DNA of 64,000 nt, from assembly GCA_019509785.1 (NCBI GenBank), contig JAEKLQ010000027.1, positions 25,755 to 89,754 on the forward strand. Reading direction: 5' to 3'. The notes beneath the pieces were generated by a model that was not told the DNA's origin, searched no databases, and saw only the letters and a list, made by a program, of their open reading frames with translations. A program made the position numbers and the translations under genes. This DNA is from Fibrobacterota bacterium. GTDB lineage: Bacteria > Fibrobacterota > Fibrobacteria > UBA11236. Within the stretch, counting starts at the first letter, position 1. Each line of letters starts with the position of its first letter. Below, one piece after another: positions 30,861 through 40,767 of the stretch.

Positions 30861-31567
30861 TCCTGCGGGTCCTCAAGATCCTGGCCTACATGCTGGAGAG
30901 CATGTTCGGTTACGTGTGGAATCGGCTTACCAGGGCCATGGATCCCGAGGTTTGGCTGACGCGCCAATTCCGGCGATGGACCGGATACGTTCTGGAGGTG
31001 TTCGACGCCGATGTGGCCATGGAAGGGACCGAGTATTTGGCCCAGCACCCCGGCCGTAAAATCATCATCATGTCCAACCACCAGAGCCAACTCGACATCC
31101 CGTGCCTGGCGAAGGCGGCGGATCGCTTGATCGGGTTCGTGGCCAAGCGCGAATTGTCGCGCGTGCCGCTTCTGAATTACTGGATGCGGCAGATCGGCTG
31201 CATATTCATCGATCGCACCGACAAGCGCGGCGCCCATCAAGCGCTGGAGAAGGCCGCGAACGCCATGTCGGACAAGCCCCTGGTCGTTTTTCCGGAAGGT
31301 ACGCGCAGCAAGGACGGCAGCCTGCTGCCCTTCAAATTGGGAGGGACGCGGTTGGCCCTTCTGGCGCAGGCGGTCATCGTTCCGGTACGCATCGAAGGTT
31401 CCCGTGACGCCGTCGAAAAACGCAAGCCCGGAGCGCGCCGGATTCCCGTGCGGCTCAAGGTTTTCCCGCCTTTCGACACCCAAGGGCTGGACGGGGGCAA
31501 GGCATCGCAAGTCCGAATCAAGGAATACGTGGAACGATGTTGGCACGGCGGCAACGCACCCAGCTGA
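30857..31567 (+). CDS. plsC: 1-acyl-sn-glycerol-3-phosphate acyltransferase
   Basis: NHQSQLD, FIDR, FPEGTRS; ATGA overlap with the helicase stop. Confidence 0.9.
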   Translation: MILRVLKILAYMLESMFGYVWNRLTRAMDPEVWLTRQFRRWTGYVLEVFDADVAMEGTEYLAQHPGRKIIIMSNHQSQLDIPCLAKAADRLIGFVAKRELSRVPLLNYWMRQIGCIFIDRTDKRGAHQALEKAANAMSDKPLVVFPEGTRSKDGSLLPFKLGGTRLALLAQAVIVPVRIEGSRDAVEKRKPGARRIPVRLKVFPPFDTQGLDGGKASQVRIKEYVERCWHGGNAPS

Positions 31568-32295
31568 ACCGGGCCCTGTCCAAGCTGGGCCTGTGTTCCC
31601 GCGGCTTGGCCGCGGCTTGGATCGCTCAAGGCCGGGTGCGGGTCAACGGCGAGATCGCATCCTCCCCCGAACAATGGGTCGAGTTGGGATCGGATCGGAT
31701 CGAGGTCGCCCCGGGGGAAACCGTCGGGGCGGGGGAGAAGGGTAACGCACCTGCTACCCCGGCGGCCCGCATCTACCTGTGCATGCACAAGCCGCCCGGC
31801 TACGTGACCTCCCGCAGCGATGAAATGGGCCGCAAGACCATTTATGATCTGCTCCCGCCGGAATGGCGGGGCGGTTGGATTTTCCCGGTCGGCCGGCTGG
31901 ATCGGGATTCCGAAGGGCTCCTGCTCCTGACCAACGACGGGGCCTGGTCCGATTTGCTGACCGATCCCGCGCGCCACGTGGCCAAGGTCTACCGAGTGAA
32001 GCTGGACCGCCGTCCCGGCCCCTTGGATCTGGAGCGCTTCCGCTCCGGCATCGATCTGGATGGGCGGCCCACCGCCCCGGCGGGAGTCGTAGCCGAAGGT
32101 GGAGGCTGGTATCGCGTAACCCTCACGGAAGGGCGCAACCGCCAGATCCGGCGCATGTTCCATGCGCTGGGTTATAAGGTCAGGCGTCTGGTCCGGGTCT
32201 CGATCGGGTCGTTGGAACTGGGCGAGTGCGTCCCCGGAACGGTGAGGCCGCTGACGGAGTCGGAAACCGAAGGGTTGGCGGAGCCCGCGCGCTAG
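31537..32295 (+). CDS. rRNA pseudouridine synthase (RsuA/RluB/E/F family, S4 domain)
   Basis: GLCSR S4 domain, HKPPGY, VGRLDRDSEGLLLLTNDG, EGRNRQIRRM. Confidence 0.92.
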   Translation: MLARRQRTQLNRALSKLGLCSRGLAAAWIAQGRVRVNGEIASSPEQWVELGSDRIEVAPGETVGAGEKGNAPATPAARIYLCMHKPPGYVTSRSDEMGRKTIYDLLPPEWRGGWIFPVGRLDRDSEGLLLLTNDGAWSDLLTDPARHVAKVYRVKLDRRPGPLDLERFRSGIDLDGRPTAPAGVVAEGGGWYRVTLTEGRNRQIRRMFHALGYKVRRLVRVSIGSLELGECVPGTVRPLTESETEGLAEPAR

Positions 32296-34010
32296 CGGAA
32301 CTGTACTTGGATCGTTGTATCCCTCACGCCGTAATGATCGTCTTCGGCTTGGATGCGTATGGGTATGGAGGATCCTGCGGAGGGAAGGGGGAACGTATGC
32401 TTGTAAGGCGGTACTTTCGTGAAGGGGGTGGCCGGAGACGTTTCCCGTTCAAAGGTGTCGTTCGACCAAAAGACTATCACCTGGGTGAGGCTATCGCCCC
32501 TGCTTTTATCCGCATCCGTCACCGTCAGATCGAAAGTCACCGTCAGGGAGTCCCCGGCCGGAGTGGCAGCGGGTATAAGATTCTTGATCACGATCGAAGG
32601 CGGGGTATTCTTCACGACCGTGAAGCTGGGCACGGGAACGGGAATCGAATCCTCGCAATCATCGATGATCCAGCCTTTCGAATCGTATTGCCCCGCAGTC
32701 GTGAACTGTTGCGTCCACTGGCTCGTGGCCGTGGGGGACGGTTCGGGGTTGAACCAGGGATTGGCCGCGAGGGTCGTTTCATCTTTTCGGGTCCAAAACA
32801 GATCTATCCTTTCGATGCCTCCATCCGTGTCATGGCCGTGGACCTCGAAGGTGAGCGGATCCCCTTCGAGATAAGTCGATGTCGGATTCGGATCCAGAAG
32901 CCTGGCCCACCCCGTGGGAGGCACGTTGGTATGGGTCCTCAATGTGAGGGTGTCCTTCGCCTTTTCCCCGTTCTTATCGGTGATTTCGATGGCTAAGAGA
33001 TTATAGTAGTCGGTGCTGTTATCGGAATTGGGCAACCCCCCCTGCGCGTCCGGCCGAGGCGGGATGATTTCGACTTTGGCGAAATCATGCCCTGGAACCA
33101 CCGTGCAAGACAGAAGCGTGTCCATCGTCCGGAGGGTTGGCGCGTTAATGGTCCATAACCTGATCGAATCGCATCCCCCGTCCGAATCATCGGCTTTGAA
33201 ATGGACGGGTTCTATGAGTCGAATGCCGGCTCTATCGCATCCGGCCCGGATATAGCGGGCCCTCTCGCTCGCATCGAACTGGGCATAGGGCTTGATGTTA
33301 CGGACCCACTCGAAGGGCATGGTGTCGATGCCGACCAGGTAGCCGCCGCTTTTGCTCATGGCCATGAGCGAATACACCTTGAGGATGACCGTGTCGGGGC
33401 CGGGTTGGACCCCCGTCTCGGTCGACGCCCTGGGCCGGAAGCGCGGCGAGTAGGATTCCGGGTCCAACTGGACATGGTCCACCCAGCGCCCATGGCTCAG
33501 CCGATCGGTATGCAAGAAGGTCCATTCGTAACGGAACCGCCCATTAGTGTCCGCCGGGGTGGCTTGCCAATCCAAGTCCAACGGAAACCGCACCACGCCC
33601 CCGTCCGGCCGCGGGATACCCACCTTACGGATGATTTCCGCTGGCGGATACCAATCGGCGAGGCCGCGGCGCGCCAGCCTGGCGACCGCATGCGCGCCGG
33701 CCTTGGTCAGGTGAACGCTCGCCACGCTATCGAAATACCACTCATGGCCGCAAGTGAAGGCGTACTGGCCGGTGGGCCCGGCGACGATCCGGAAAACGCC
33801 TTGTTCATCGGTGATAGCCGAGACGGACTGGCTGGAATCCATGCACGAGGCGCCGGCCAACGCTTCGCCCGTCCAGGCATCGACCACCTTCACTTCCAGG
33901 TCGGCCCGGCTCAGCGTCTTGTTATCTACCAGGTTGTCCCAGTAATCGCACCCGCCCGCTGCCAGGAGCACGGCGGCCGCGGCGGCCCATCCGGCGCGGG
34001 CGAAACTCAC
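32292..34010 (-). CDS. Lipoprotein with carboxypeptidase-regulatory-like and Ig/PKD-like repeats
   Basis: GTG start overlaps the activator stop (GTGA); LAAGGC lipobox; VVDAWTGEALAGA; NxxP-initiated beta repeats. Confidence 0.7.
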   Translation of the reverse strand: MSFARAGWAAAAAVLLAAGGCDYWDNLVDNKTLSRADLEVKVVDAWTGEALAGASCMDSSQSVSAITDEQGVFRIVAGPTGQYAFTCGHEWYFDSVASVHLTKAGAHAVARLARRGLADWYPPAEIIRKVGIPRPDGGVVRFPLDLDWQATPADTNGRFRYEWTFLHTDRLSHGRWVDHVQLDPESYSPRFRPRASTETGVQPGPDTVILKVYSLMAMSKSGGYLVGIDTMPFEWVRNIKPYAQFDASERARYIRAGCDRAGIRLIEPVHFKADDSDGGCDSIRLWTINAPTLRTMDTLLSCTVVPGHDFAKVEIIPPRPDAQGGLPNSDNSTDYYNLLAIEITDKNGEKAKDTLTLRTHTNVPPTGWARLLDPNPTSTYLEGDPLTFEVHGHDTDGGIERIDLFWTRKDETTLAANPWFNPEPSPTATSQWTQQFTTAGQYDSKGWIIDDCEDSIPVPVPSFTVVKNTPPSIVIKNLIPAATPAGDSLTVTFDLTVTDADKSRGDSLTQVIVFWSNDTFERETSPATPFTKVPPYKHTFPLPSAGSSIPIRIQAEDDHYGVRDTTIQVQFR

Positions 34011-35938
34011 CCTTCTTCCCCTTCGGAGGCGTCCACGTCCTGATCCCCGACCAGCTTGTATTTGCGAAGCATGCTCTTGCAGGTGTTGCGGGAGATCTGC
34101 AAGTGCTCGGCGCAACGGGTGATGTTGCCTTTGTAAGCCTTGAGGCAGCGGCGCAGCAGGGCCGATTCGTACTCTTCCCGGAAGGCTTCCAGGGTTTTGC
34201 CGTCCAAGCCGGCTTCGGCATCCCCGGATGGCCCTGGAGCGCCGGTCGCCGCTTCCAGCCCTAAGTCGGCGGCGGAAACGCGATCGCCTACGTGGAACAG
34301 CCAGGCGCGCTGCAACTTATTCTCCAGTTCGCGGACATTACCCGGCCAAGAGTGGGCGCGCATCGCCTCCAAGGCATCGGGCGAAAAGGACCAATCGGCG
34401 CGGCCGAAATGCTTTTGTATGAAGTGCCGCGCCAGGACGGGAACGTCGTCGGGGCGCTCGCGCAGGGAAGGCATTGCCAGGGGCAGCACATGCAGGCGGT
34501 AGAAGAGGTCCTGCCGGAAGCGTTGGGACTTTACGCGTTCTTCCAGATTGTAATGGGTCGCGGCTACGATACGCACGTCCACTTGCATGGCCTCGCTCCC
34601 GCCCAGCCTCTCGAAGCGGCCTTCTTGCGCGAAGCGCAGCAATTTCCCCTGCAATTCCAGGGGCAGATCGCCGATCTCGTCGAGGAAAAGGGTGCCGCCA
34701 TGGGCGCCTTCGACCTTGCCGATGCGCCGCGCGACCGCGCCGGTGAAGGCGCCTTTCTCGTGCCCGAAGAGCTCGCTCTCGATGAGGTTGGCAGGCAAGG
34801 TGGCGCAGTCGACGACCACGAATGGTTTTCCGGCGCGCGCGCTATAATGGTGGATGAGTTGGGCGATATAGGTCTTGCCCGTGCCGGTTTCGCCCGTGAT
34901 GAGCACGGGCAGATCGACCGTGGCGAGCTTGCGGGCCAATGCCTGGATCTTCTCCATCGGCCCGCCCTCGGCGAAAACCAATTGCGTGCGCATCTGCTTC
35001 AGGAAGCCGTCCAGCTCCCGGTTCTGGCGCTCCAACGCGTCGATGGCCTTGCGGCTCTCCTTGTCCTTCTCGTCCAGAAGGCGGCCGGTCTCCTGTCGGT
35101 GCAGTTCCTCGATCTCGGCGAGGTTGCGCCAAAGCACCGAGGCGAACAGCAGGATCATTTCCAGCAGGTCGCGGGATTCTTCCCGCGGTTCGGCGGGAAG
35201 GCCGTCGGCCAGGAAGGCGATCCACCCGCGACCGGGGGCGGACGCGAAGGCCAGCGTGGCCCGCCATTCCGTGCCGCGCGACTCGATCTTAAGGACGCGC
35301 TCCCCGGAGTCGGGGGTAGCGGAATTCATGGCCTCCCAGGCCGCGAGTTCCAGGGGAGGAGGCGAGGGCAAATCCTTGGGCTTCTCCGCGGAGATGAAGA
35401 CCGTCCGGCATTCCAACTTCCGCGTGAGGGTCTCGGCCAGCTTGACCGCGAACTGGGAGAGCGCGCGCGACTCGGCCAGTTCCGATACGGTCTCCACCAG
35501 GCTCCTGAGGAAATCCTGATGCCGTTCCACCTCGAGCAGGATTTCCTCGGCCTCCCGCCGTAGCGCCGGGCTCTGGATGGCCATGGTATGGATCTTCCGG
35601 TTGAGGCGATCCAACGGGAGCGGCCCTTTGGGGAAAGGATTGTTCGCCAGGAAGCGCAGTTGGATGTCGCCGAAAGCCAGGACGTCCCCGTCCTTCAAGG
35701 CCCAGGCCGAAACCGCCTTGCCGTTGACTACGGTGCCGTTGCGGCTCTTCAGATCCAGCAAATGGTAGCCATCCTCGCGGTTGAGGATATTGCCGTGGAA
35801 GGATGAGACCTTGGGATCGTCCAGTTGGACATCGTTGGCTTCGTTGCGCCCTAAGGTGGTGATCACCTTATTGAGGGCGATGGGCGGGTGATCCCCGGAT
35901 TCCCATACCAATTGCGCCCCGATACCGAAGCTGGACAT
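34007..35938 (-). CDS. FHA-domain sigma-54-dependent transcriptional activator (bEBP)
   Basis: FHA motifs LGR..VSSFH..SRNGT; GETGTGKT, GAFTGA, FLDEIG, FRQDLFYRL, WPGNVREL; Fis-type HTH. Confidence 0.95.
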   Translation of the reverse strand: MSSFGIGAQLVWESGDHPPIALNKVITTLGRNEANDVQLDDPKVSSFHGNILNREDGYHLLDLKSRNGTVVNGKAVSAWALKDGDVLAFGDIQLRFLANNPFPKGPLPLDRLNRKIHTMAIQSPALRREAEEILLEVERHQDFLRSLVETVSELAESRALSQFAVKLAETLTRKLECRTVFISAEKPKDLPSPPPLELAAWEAMNSATPDSGERVLKIESRGTEWRATLAFASAPGRGWIAFLADGLPAEPREESRDLLEMILLFASVLWRNLAEIEELHRQETGRLLDEKDKESRKAIDALERQNRELDGFLKQMRTQLVFAEGGPMEKIQALARKLATVDLPVLITGETGTGKTYIAQLIHHYSARAGKPFVVVDCATLPANLIESELFGHEKGAFTGAVARRIGKVEGAHGGTLFLDEIGDLPLELQGKLLRFAQEGRFERLGGSEAMQVDVRIVAATHYNLEERVKSQRFRQDLFYRLHVLPLAMPSLRERPDDVPVLARHFIQKHFGRADWSFSPDALEAMRAHSWPGNVRELENKLQRAWLFHVGDRVSAADLGLEAATGAPGPSGDAEAGLDGKTLEAFREEYESALLRRCLKAYKGNITRCAEHLQISRNTCKSMLRKYKLVGDQDVDASEGEEG

Positions 35939-35939
35939 C

Positions 35940-36764
35940 TTATTCCCCCCTGGATGCGATCAAAGAGAAAAGATAGGCACCCAGCGCGATGGACAAGGTC
36001 ACCCTTTGGGTCCACTGCCACCTCAATTCGTTCCCGAGTTCGGCATGGCCGCGTATCCCGTCGGCATCGCGCTCGGCGGCGCTCATCTGCGAAGAAGCGT
36101 AAAGCGAGAAAGCCAGTCCTCCCGCTTGCAAGATCGCCAGGGTCAGTCCTTGCTTCCGCCTCCCCCGGTAGAGCCAGCCGCCGCCCAACGGGATCGCCCC
36201 CATGGCCAATCCGATCCCGGGCGGACCGTTCTTGCCGGCGCTCGATGGGAAAGGGGCCGGAGGCGCGGAACCCGCCGATGGGCCGGAACCGGGATAAGAC
36301 GGTATCGGAACCAGCTTATCCGAAGGTACGATTAAGCTCACCGGTAGGGCGGTCCCGGTTCCCCTTCCGGCGCTGGCGACGCGTGGCGGCGAGTCGCGGC
36401 CCGATGCCGAATCGTTGTCTTTGGAGGGAGAGGCGGAGCGCCCCTGTTGCGCCTGGGCGAAGGAGGCGAGGATGGCGCTGTCTTCGTTGCGGGGGAATTG
36501 GAACAAGCTGTCCAATTCGAGCAAGGCGCGGAAATCCGCATTGGCCTCTTCGCTCTTGCCGAGGCGCGCGGATGCCATCCCGGAATATTGGAACAAGGCC
36601 AGGGAGTCCCGATGCCTTAGCGCGATCGTTCGGCAAGTTTCGAGCACCGCCAAGGCCGAGTCATAGCGTCCTTGATGATACAAGGCGGCGGCCCGCTTAA
36701 GTGACGGCTCGGAACGGGCCGTCGCCACCGCGAGCGCCGAGGCGAGCAGCAGGAGGAATCGCAT
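35940..36764 (-). CDS. Exported TPR-like protein with C-terminal hydrophobic helices
   Basis: Signal peptide; AAALYHQGRYDSA..., ARLGKSEEANADFRALLELD; C-terminal IPLGGGWLY + TM segments. Confidence 0.7.
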   Translation of the reverse strand: MRFLLLLASALAVATARSEPSLKRAAALYHQGRYDSALAVLETCRTIALRHRDSLALFQYSGMASARLGKSEEANADFRALLELDSLFQFPRNEDSAILASFAQAQQGRSASPSKDNDSASGRDSPPRVASAGRGTGTALPVSLIVPSDKLVPIPSYPGSGPSAGSAPPAPFPSSAGKNGPPGIGLAMGAIPLGGGWLYRGRRKQGLTLAILQAGGLAFSLYASSQMSAAERDADGIRGHAELGNELRWQWTQRVTLSIALGAYLFSLIASRGE

Positions 36765-38479
36765 CAGCGCCGCCTGCGCGAAACGGAGAATCCGCCATCG
36801 GTGTCCAAGCTCAAAACATACAACGTATCTTCCGATACGAAGAGGCTGCTGGTAATGGCTCGACCCGAACCCGGCGGTTTAAGGGTGATGTTGACCAGAC
36901 CCGGCGCCACCGCCCAGCCGCCTTTCGGCCCAGGGGAGACCCATTCCGCGCTGTCGTCCACGGAGACGCGCGTTCCTGCGGGTCCGGAGATGGCCACCGC
37001 GGGAGGGCGGGGTCGCCGCGGGGCGGCGTTTACCGCTCGGGCGGATGCGCGCATCCCCGCGGCGTTGATGTCCGCGTGAAGGGCGGGAGGGACGCCGATC
37101 TTTTCCGCGGGTTCGCTGGGCGAGGCAGGGACGGCGGCAGGCCGCGCGTCGCTGCCCGATACCGGTCCGGAAGGCTGAGGGGGAAGGTTCGGCCGTTGCG
37201 GCCCCGCGAGAGCCGCCGCCTTCGCCAGGTCGGAAGGGGCACCCGCGTTCCCGCGGCCGGCCCGGGCCCAAGCCAACACGGCGAAGGTAACCGCCAGGCT
37301 ACCGATGGCGATCCATGCTAGGCGTTTGGCAGGCCGGGAAGCCGGGCCCGCCTGTCGATCGCCGGCCGGGGCGGGTTCAGCGCCGACTGCCATGGTGGCG
37401 GCCCCGGACTTCTGGCGCAACGGGGGAAGCGCCAGGAGTTCCCGCAGCATGGGGCTCTCCGGTTGCCGCCGCAAGGCGCGCTCCAAAAGGCCCACCGCTT
37501 CCCGATGCCGCCCTTCCGCGCGCATGCGCATGTAAAGATCGCGGAATGCTTCGCCTTCCGGCAACGGGGTCTCGGACGGCGCCCCCGGATGGGCCCCATC
37601 CAGGCCGAGCTCGTGGCGCAGGGTCGCTTCCGGATCGGCTTCGCCGCAAACGTCGCGATAGGCCGCCTTCAATGCCGCCGAAACTTCCGACGATCCGGCC
37701 CCGTTCAGCGCCGCCCGAACGATTCCGGCCACCGGCGCGGGCAGGCGCCGCAGGCGATCTTCCGGAGGGCGGGAGCGGGCCGTTTCGATCTCGCGGATGG
37801 CTTGGGTAACACGAGTGTTACCGGGTCCGGGATCGAAGAGCGGTTCGCCCAGCGCGGCATAGTAAAGGAGGGAACCGAAGGAGAATAGATCGGAAAGGCG
37901 CGTCCCCGGCATGCCCGCCACGTGTTCGGGGGAAAGGAATGCGGGCGTCCCGACGATGCGGCCTTCGGATGACCGCAATCGTTTGCCGGCCATCCCGAAA
38001 TCGGAGAGCTTGACCGTTCCTTGGCGGCCGATCAACACGTTCGCCGGCGAAAGATCAAGATGCAACACGTCGTGGCCGTGGGCATGCATCAAGGCGTCGA
38101 AGGTTTGCAGGCCCACGGCCAGCGCGGCGGCCGGGGACATCGCTCCGCGCGCCTCGATCCATTCGGCCAGGTTCCAGCCCTCCACGTACTCCATGCAGAT
38201 GAAGGCGGTATCCTCATGGACGCCGAAGTCGTAGATGCGGACCACCTTGGGGTGATCGAGCCGCGCCATCAAGGTGGCTTCGGAAAGGAATTCGTCCGGG
38301 GAAAGGATGTTGCCGGGCTGGGAGAAAGAGGGGATTTTCAGGGCCACGATGCGATTGATAGGCTGTTGCAAAGCCTTGAAGATGCGGGAGGTCCCGCCGT
38401 CGCCGATCAAGCGCACGAGGTAGAACTTGCCAAGCGATTGACCGGCCTGAATCGTTTCTGATCTTTCCGACGGGTCCAT
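36764..38479 (-). CDS. Membrane-anchored Hanks-type Ser/Thr protein kinase
   Basis: IGDGG, VALK, HLDLSPAN, DFG, GTPAFLSPE, DLFSFG; TM segment WIAIGSLAVTFAVLAWA; PEGA-like C-terminus. Confidence 0.92.
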   Translation of the reverse strand: MDPSERSETIQAGQSLGKFYLVRLIGDGGTSRIFKALQQPINRIVALKIPSFSQPGNILSPDEFLSEATLMARLDHPKVVRIYDFGVHEDTAFICMEYVEGWNLAEWIEARGAMSPAAALAVGLQTFDALMHAHGHDVLHLDLSPANVLIGRQGTVKLSDFGMAGKRLRSSEGRIVGTPAFLSPEHVAGMPGTRLSDLFSFGSLLYYAALGEPLFDPGPGNTRVTQAIREIETARSRPPEDRLRRLPAPVAGIVRAALNGAGSSEVSAALKAAYRDVCGEADPEATLRHELGLDGAHPGAPSETPLPEGEAFRDLYMRMRAEGRHREAVGLLERALRRQPESPMLRELLALPPLRQKSGAATMAVGAEPAPAGDRQAGPASRPAKRLAWIAIGSLAVTFAVLAWARAGRGNAGAPSDLAKAAALAGPQRPNLPPQPSGPVSGSDARPAAVPASPSEPAEKIGVPPALHADINAAGMRASARAVNAAPRRPRPPAVAISGPAGTRVSVDDSAEWVSPGPKGGWAVAPGLVNITLKPPGSGRAITSSLFVSEDTLYVLSLDTDGGFSVSRRRR

Positions 38480-38686
38480 GGATGTCTTCGTGGTTCGTTA
38501 TTGATCGAAATATTCGGAAAATCGTCGAAAATTGGCCGAATCTAATATAGCGGGCCCCCGGGGTTTCTACAACCCAATCCTCCCAAAGCCCAGGTCGATA
38601 TGCTGGATCCGTTCTCCGCGGGGAAACACCAAGCTGCCTTGCACCATGCGGCTTGGTACTTAAGGCCCCGGCGGAAGGGCCGGATT

Positions 38687-39595
38687 TCAGGGATGGGCCG
38701 AAAACAGGGGCGCGGACTGCTGATCCGCGTTGTAGCTGGAACGCACCATCGGCCCGGAGACGCAAATACGGATGCCGTTTTCCAGGGCATGGACGCGCAG
38801 CGTCTCGAACTCCGCCGGGGGTACATAGCGCTCAACGGGGAGATGGTCGCGGGTGGGTTGGAGGTACTGCCCCATGGTGAGGATGTCGACCTTGAGCGAG
38901 GCGACATAGGCGATCATCTCCTTCAGCTCCTCCCCGCTTTCTCCCAAACCCAGCATCAGGCTGGTTTTGGTGCGGAAACCGCGCCGCTTGGCATGGGCCA
39001 GGACGACGCTGCTGTCCCGGACATTGCCGCGGCCCCGTACTGCCTTCTGCAGCCGCGGTACGGTTTCGAAATTGTGGTTGAGGATGTCCGGGGACGCGTC
39101 GAGGATGCGATCGATCAAGCCGACGTCGGCTTGCATGTCGGGGATGAGGACCTCGATGCGGCACTCGGGAGCGGCGGCGCGCGCCGCGCGAATGGTCTCC
39201 GCCCAGACGTCCGCGCCTTGATCGGGAAGATCATCGCGCGACACGGAGGTGATGACGGCATACTTGAGTTTCATGAGCCGTACCGACTCGGCTACGCGCG
39301 CAGGCTCTTCACGGTCATATTCCCCGGGCCGTCCTTTGGGGACATCGCAAAAGCGGCAACCGCGCGTACAGGTATTCCCGAGGATCATGAAGGTGGCGGT
39401 GCCCTTCGACCAGCACTCCCCCAAGTTGGGGCAACTCGCGCTTTGGCACACGGTATTCAGGCCATGCTCTTCCACGGTCGCGCGCACCTTGGAGTAGGCT
39501 TCGCCACCGGGGATACGGGCTTTGAGCCAAGCTGGTTTGCCCGGAAGCGCTCGGCGTACGGGAAGGACAGGTGCGGCGGAAGGGTCGGGAGCCAT
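38687..39595 (-). CDS. lipA: Lipoyl synthase
   Basis: CQSASCPNLGEC, CTRGCRFC, RSSY. Confidence 0.97.
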   Translation of the reverse strand: MAPDPSAAPVLPVRRALPGKPAWLKARIPGGEAYSKVRATVEEHGLNTVCQSASCPNLGECWSKGTATFMILGNTCTRGCRFCDVPKGRPGEYDREEPARVAESVRLMKLKYAVITSVSRDDLPDQGADVWAETIRAARAAAPECRIEVLIPDMQADVGLIDRILDASPDILNHNFETVPRLQKAVRGRGNVRDSSVVLAHAKRRGFRTKTSLMLGLGESGEELKEMIAYVASLKVDILTMGQYLQPTRDHLPVERYVPPAEFETLRVHALENGIRICVSGPMVRSSYNADQQSAPLFSAHP

Positions 39596-39618
39596 AATCC
39601 AAAGATACCCATTATTGT

Positions 39619-40767
39619 ATGTTTATTGGCCATCCCAGGCGAAAGGCGGGGTTTTTGAATCGGTTATTCGGCGTGCGAACGGGTCTCCTACTTGCTTTGG
39701 CGACCGCGCATCCGGCGCTCCCTGCGGACTCCGGGAAGTATTCCCTTTCCGGAGGGACCTTGATGGGATATACCGACGGGATGAACGGCGCCGCCTGGCC
39801 GAACGTCTTCAAAGATCCGCTGGGCAACAACAACCGGGCCGGTTTTTACATCAGCCAAGCCCGCTTGAACGGCAACGTCGCCCTGGATAGCACGTTTTCC
39901 GTGACGGCGGTTTGGAACGCCATGGCCATGGATCTCCAGGAAGTCTATCTCACAAAAAGATGGAACGATTATATCCTCAGAGCGGGTAAGTTCCGGGGCG
40001 CGGGCCTTAAATCGGTGACCGATGAAGACGAGTTCGGGCGGAATCTCGTCAATGCCCCGCGCTACGCGCGTTTGTGGTCCTATTGGGCGCGCACCTTCGC
40101 CGGCCGCGATTTCGGCGTTGAGATCGAGCGCGACTTCCGCGCCGGCGGGATCCGCAACCGCCTCTTCATCCGCAATGCGAACGGTGAAAACGTGATCAAT
40201 GACGAGCCTAGCTTCCTGGGCGGCCGGGTGACCCAGGTCTTAGGAATCGATTATGCCCTGGACTGGCGGATTTCCCCCTTCACCGTTTGGGGAGGCCATA
40301 TCGGGATGCTCGCGGATCGGAGCTGGGACCAGTTCGTCGGGAGCCACGAGGGGTGGAAAGCGCAGTATTGGTTCAAGTCGAACGCCGTGGCGGACGGGTC
40401 GCTCAACCACTCCCTGGACATGGGCCGGGTCCACCTTTTCAACGAGGCCTTGCTCATGTATTTGCGCGACGTGCCGCATCCATCGGACTCCGCGGCCACG
40501 CAGTTATGGGGGGGTTCTTCCTTGATCCGCTTCGACCATTCGGATCGCTGGTCTTCCGTATTCCGGTACGAGTTCACCGATCCCAGCGACGGTACCTACC
40601 CGCAAGACGGATTGCATATGTTCACCTTGGGGGCCATCTACCACCCCCGACCTTCGGAACATCCCGGCATGAAAGTCACGGCGGAGTACGTTCGCTCCTA
40701 CGGGGAACAACTCCAGCACTTCGTGTCCGACGACGTGGTCAACTGCCAGTTCCAGATGACGTTCTAA
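39619..40767 (+). CDS. Putative outer-membrane porin (OprO/P-like beta-barrel)
   Basis: Signal peptide, GFYISQARL, amphipathic beta strands, terminal Phe; start uncertain. Confidence 0.6.
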   Translation: MFIGHPRRKAGFLNRLFGVRTGLLLALATAHPALPADSGKYSLSGGTLMGYTDGMNGAAWPNVFKDPLGNNNRAGFYISQARLNGNVALDSTFSVTAVWNAMAMDLQEVYLTKRWNDYILRAGKFRGAGLKSVTDEDEFGRNLVNAPRYARLWSYWARTFAGRDFGVEIERDFRAGGIRNRLFIRNANGENVINDEPSFLGGRVTQVLGIDYALDWRISPFTVWGGHIGMLADRSWDQFVGSHEGWKAQYWFKSNAVADGSLNHSLDMGRVHLFNEALLMYLRDVPHPSDSAATQLWGGSSLIRFDHSDRWSSVFRYEFTDPSDGTYPQDGLHMFTLGAIYHPRPSEHPGMKVTAEYVRSYGEQLQHFVSDDVVNCQFQMTF

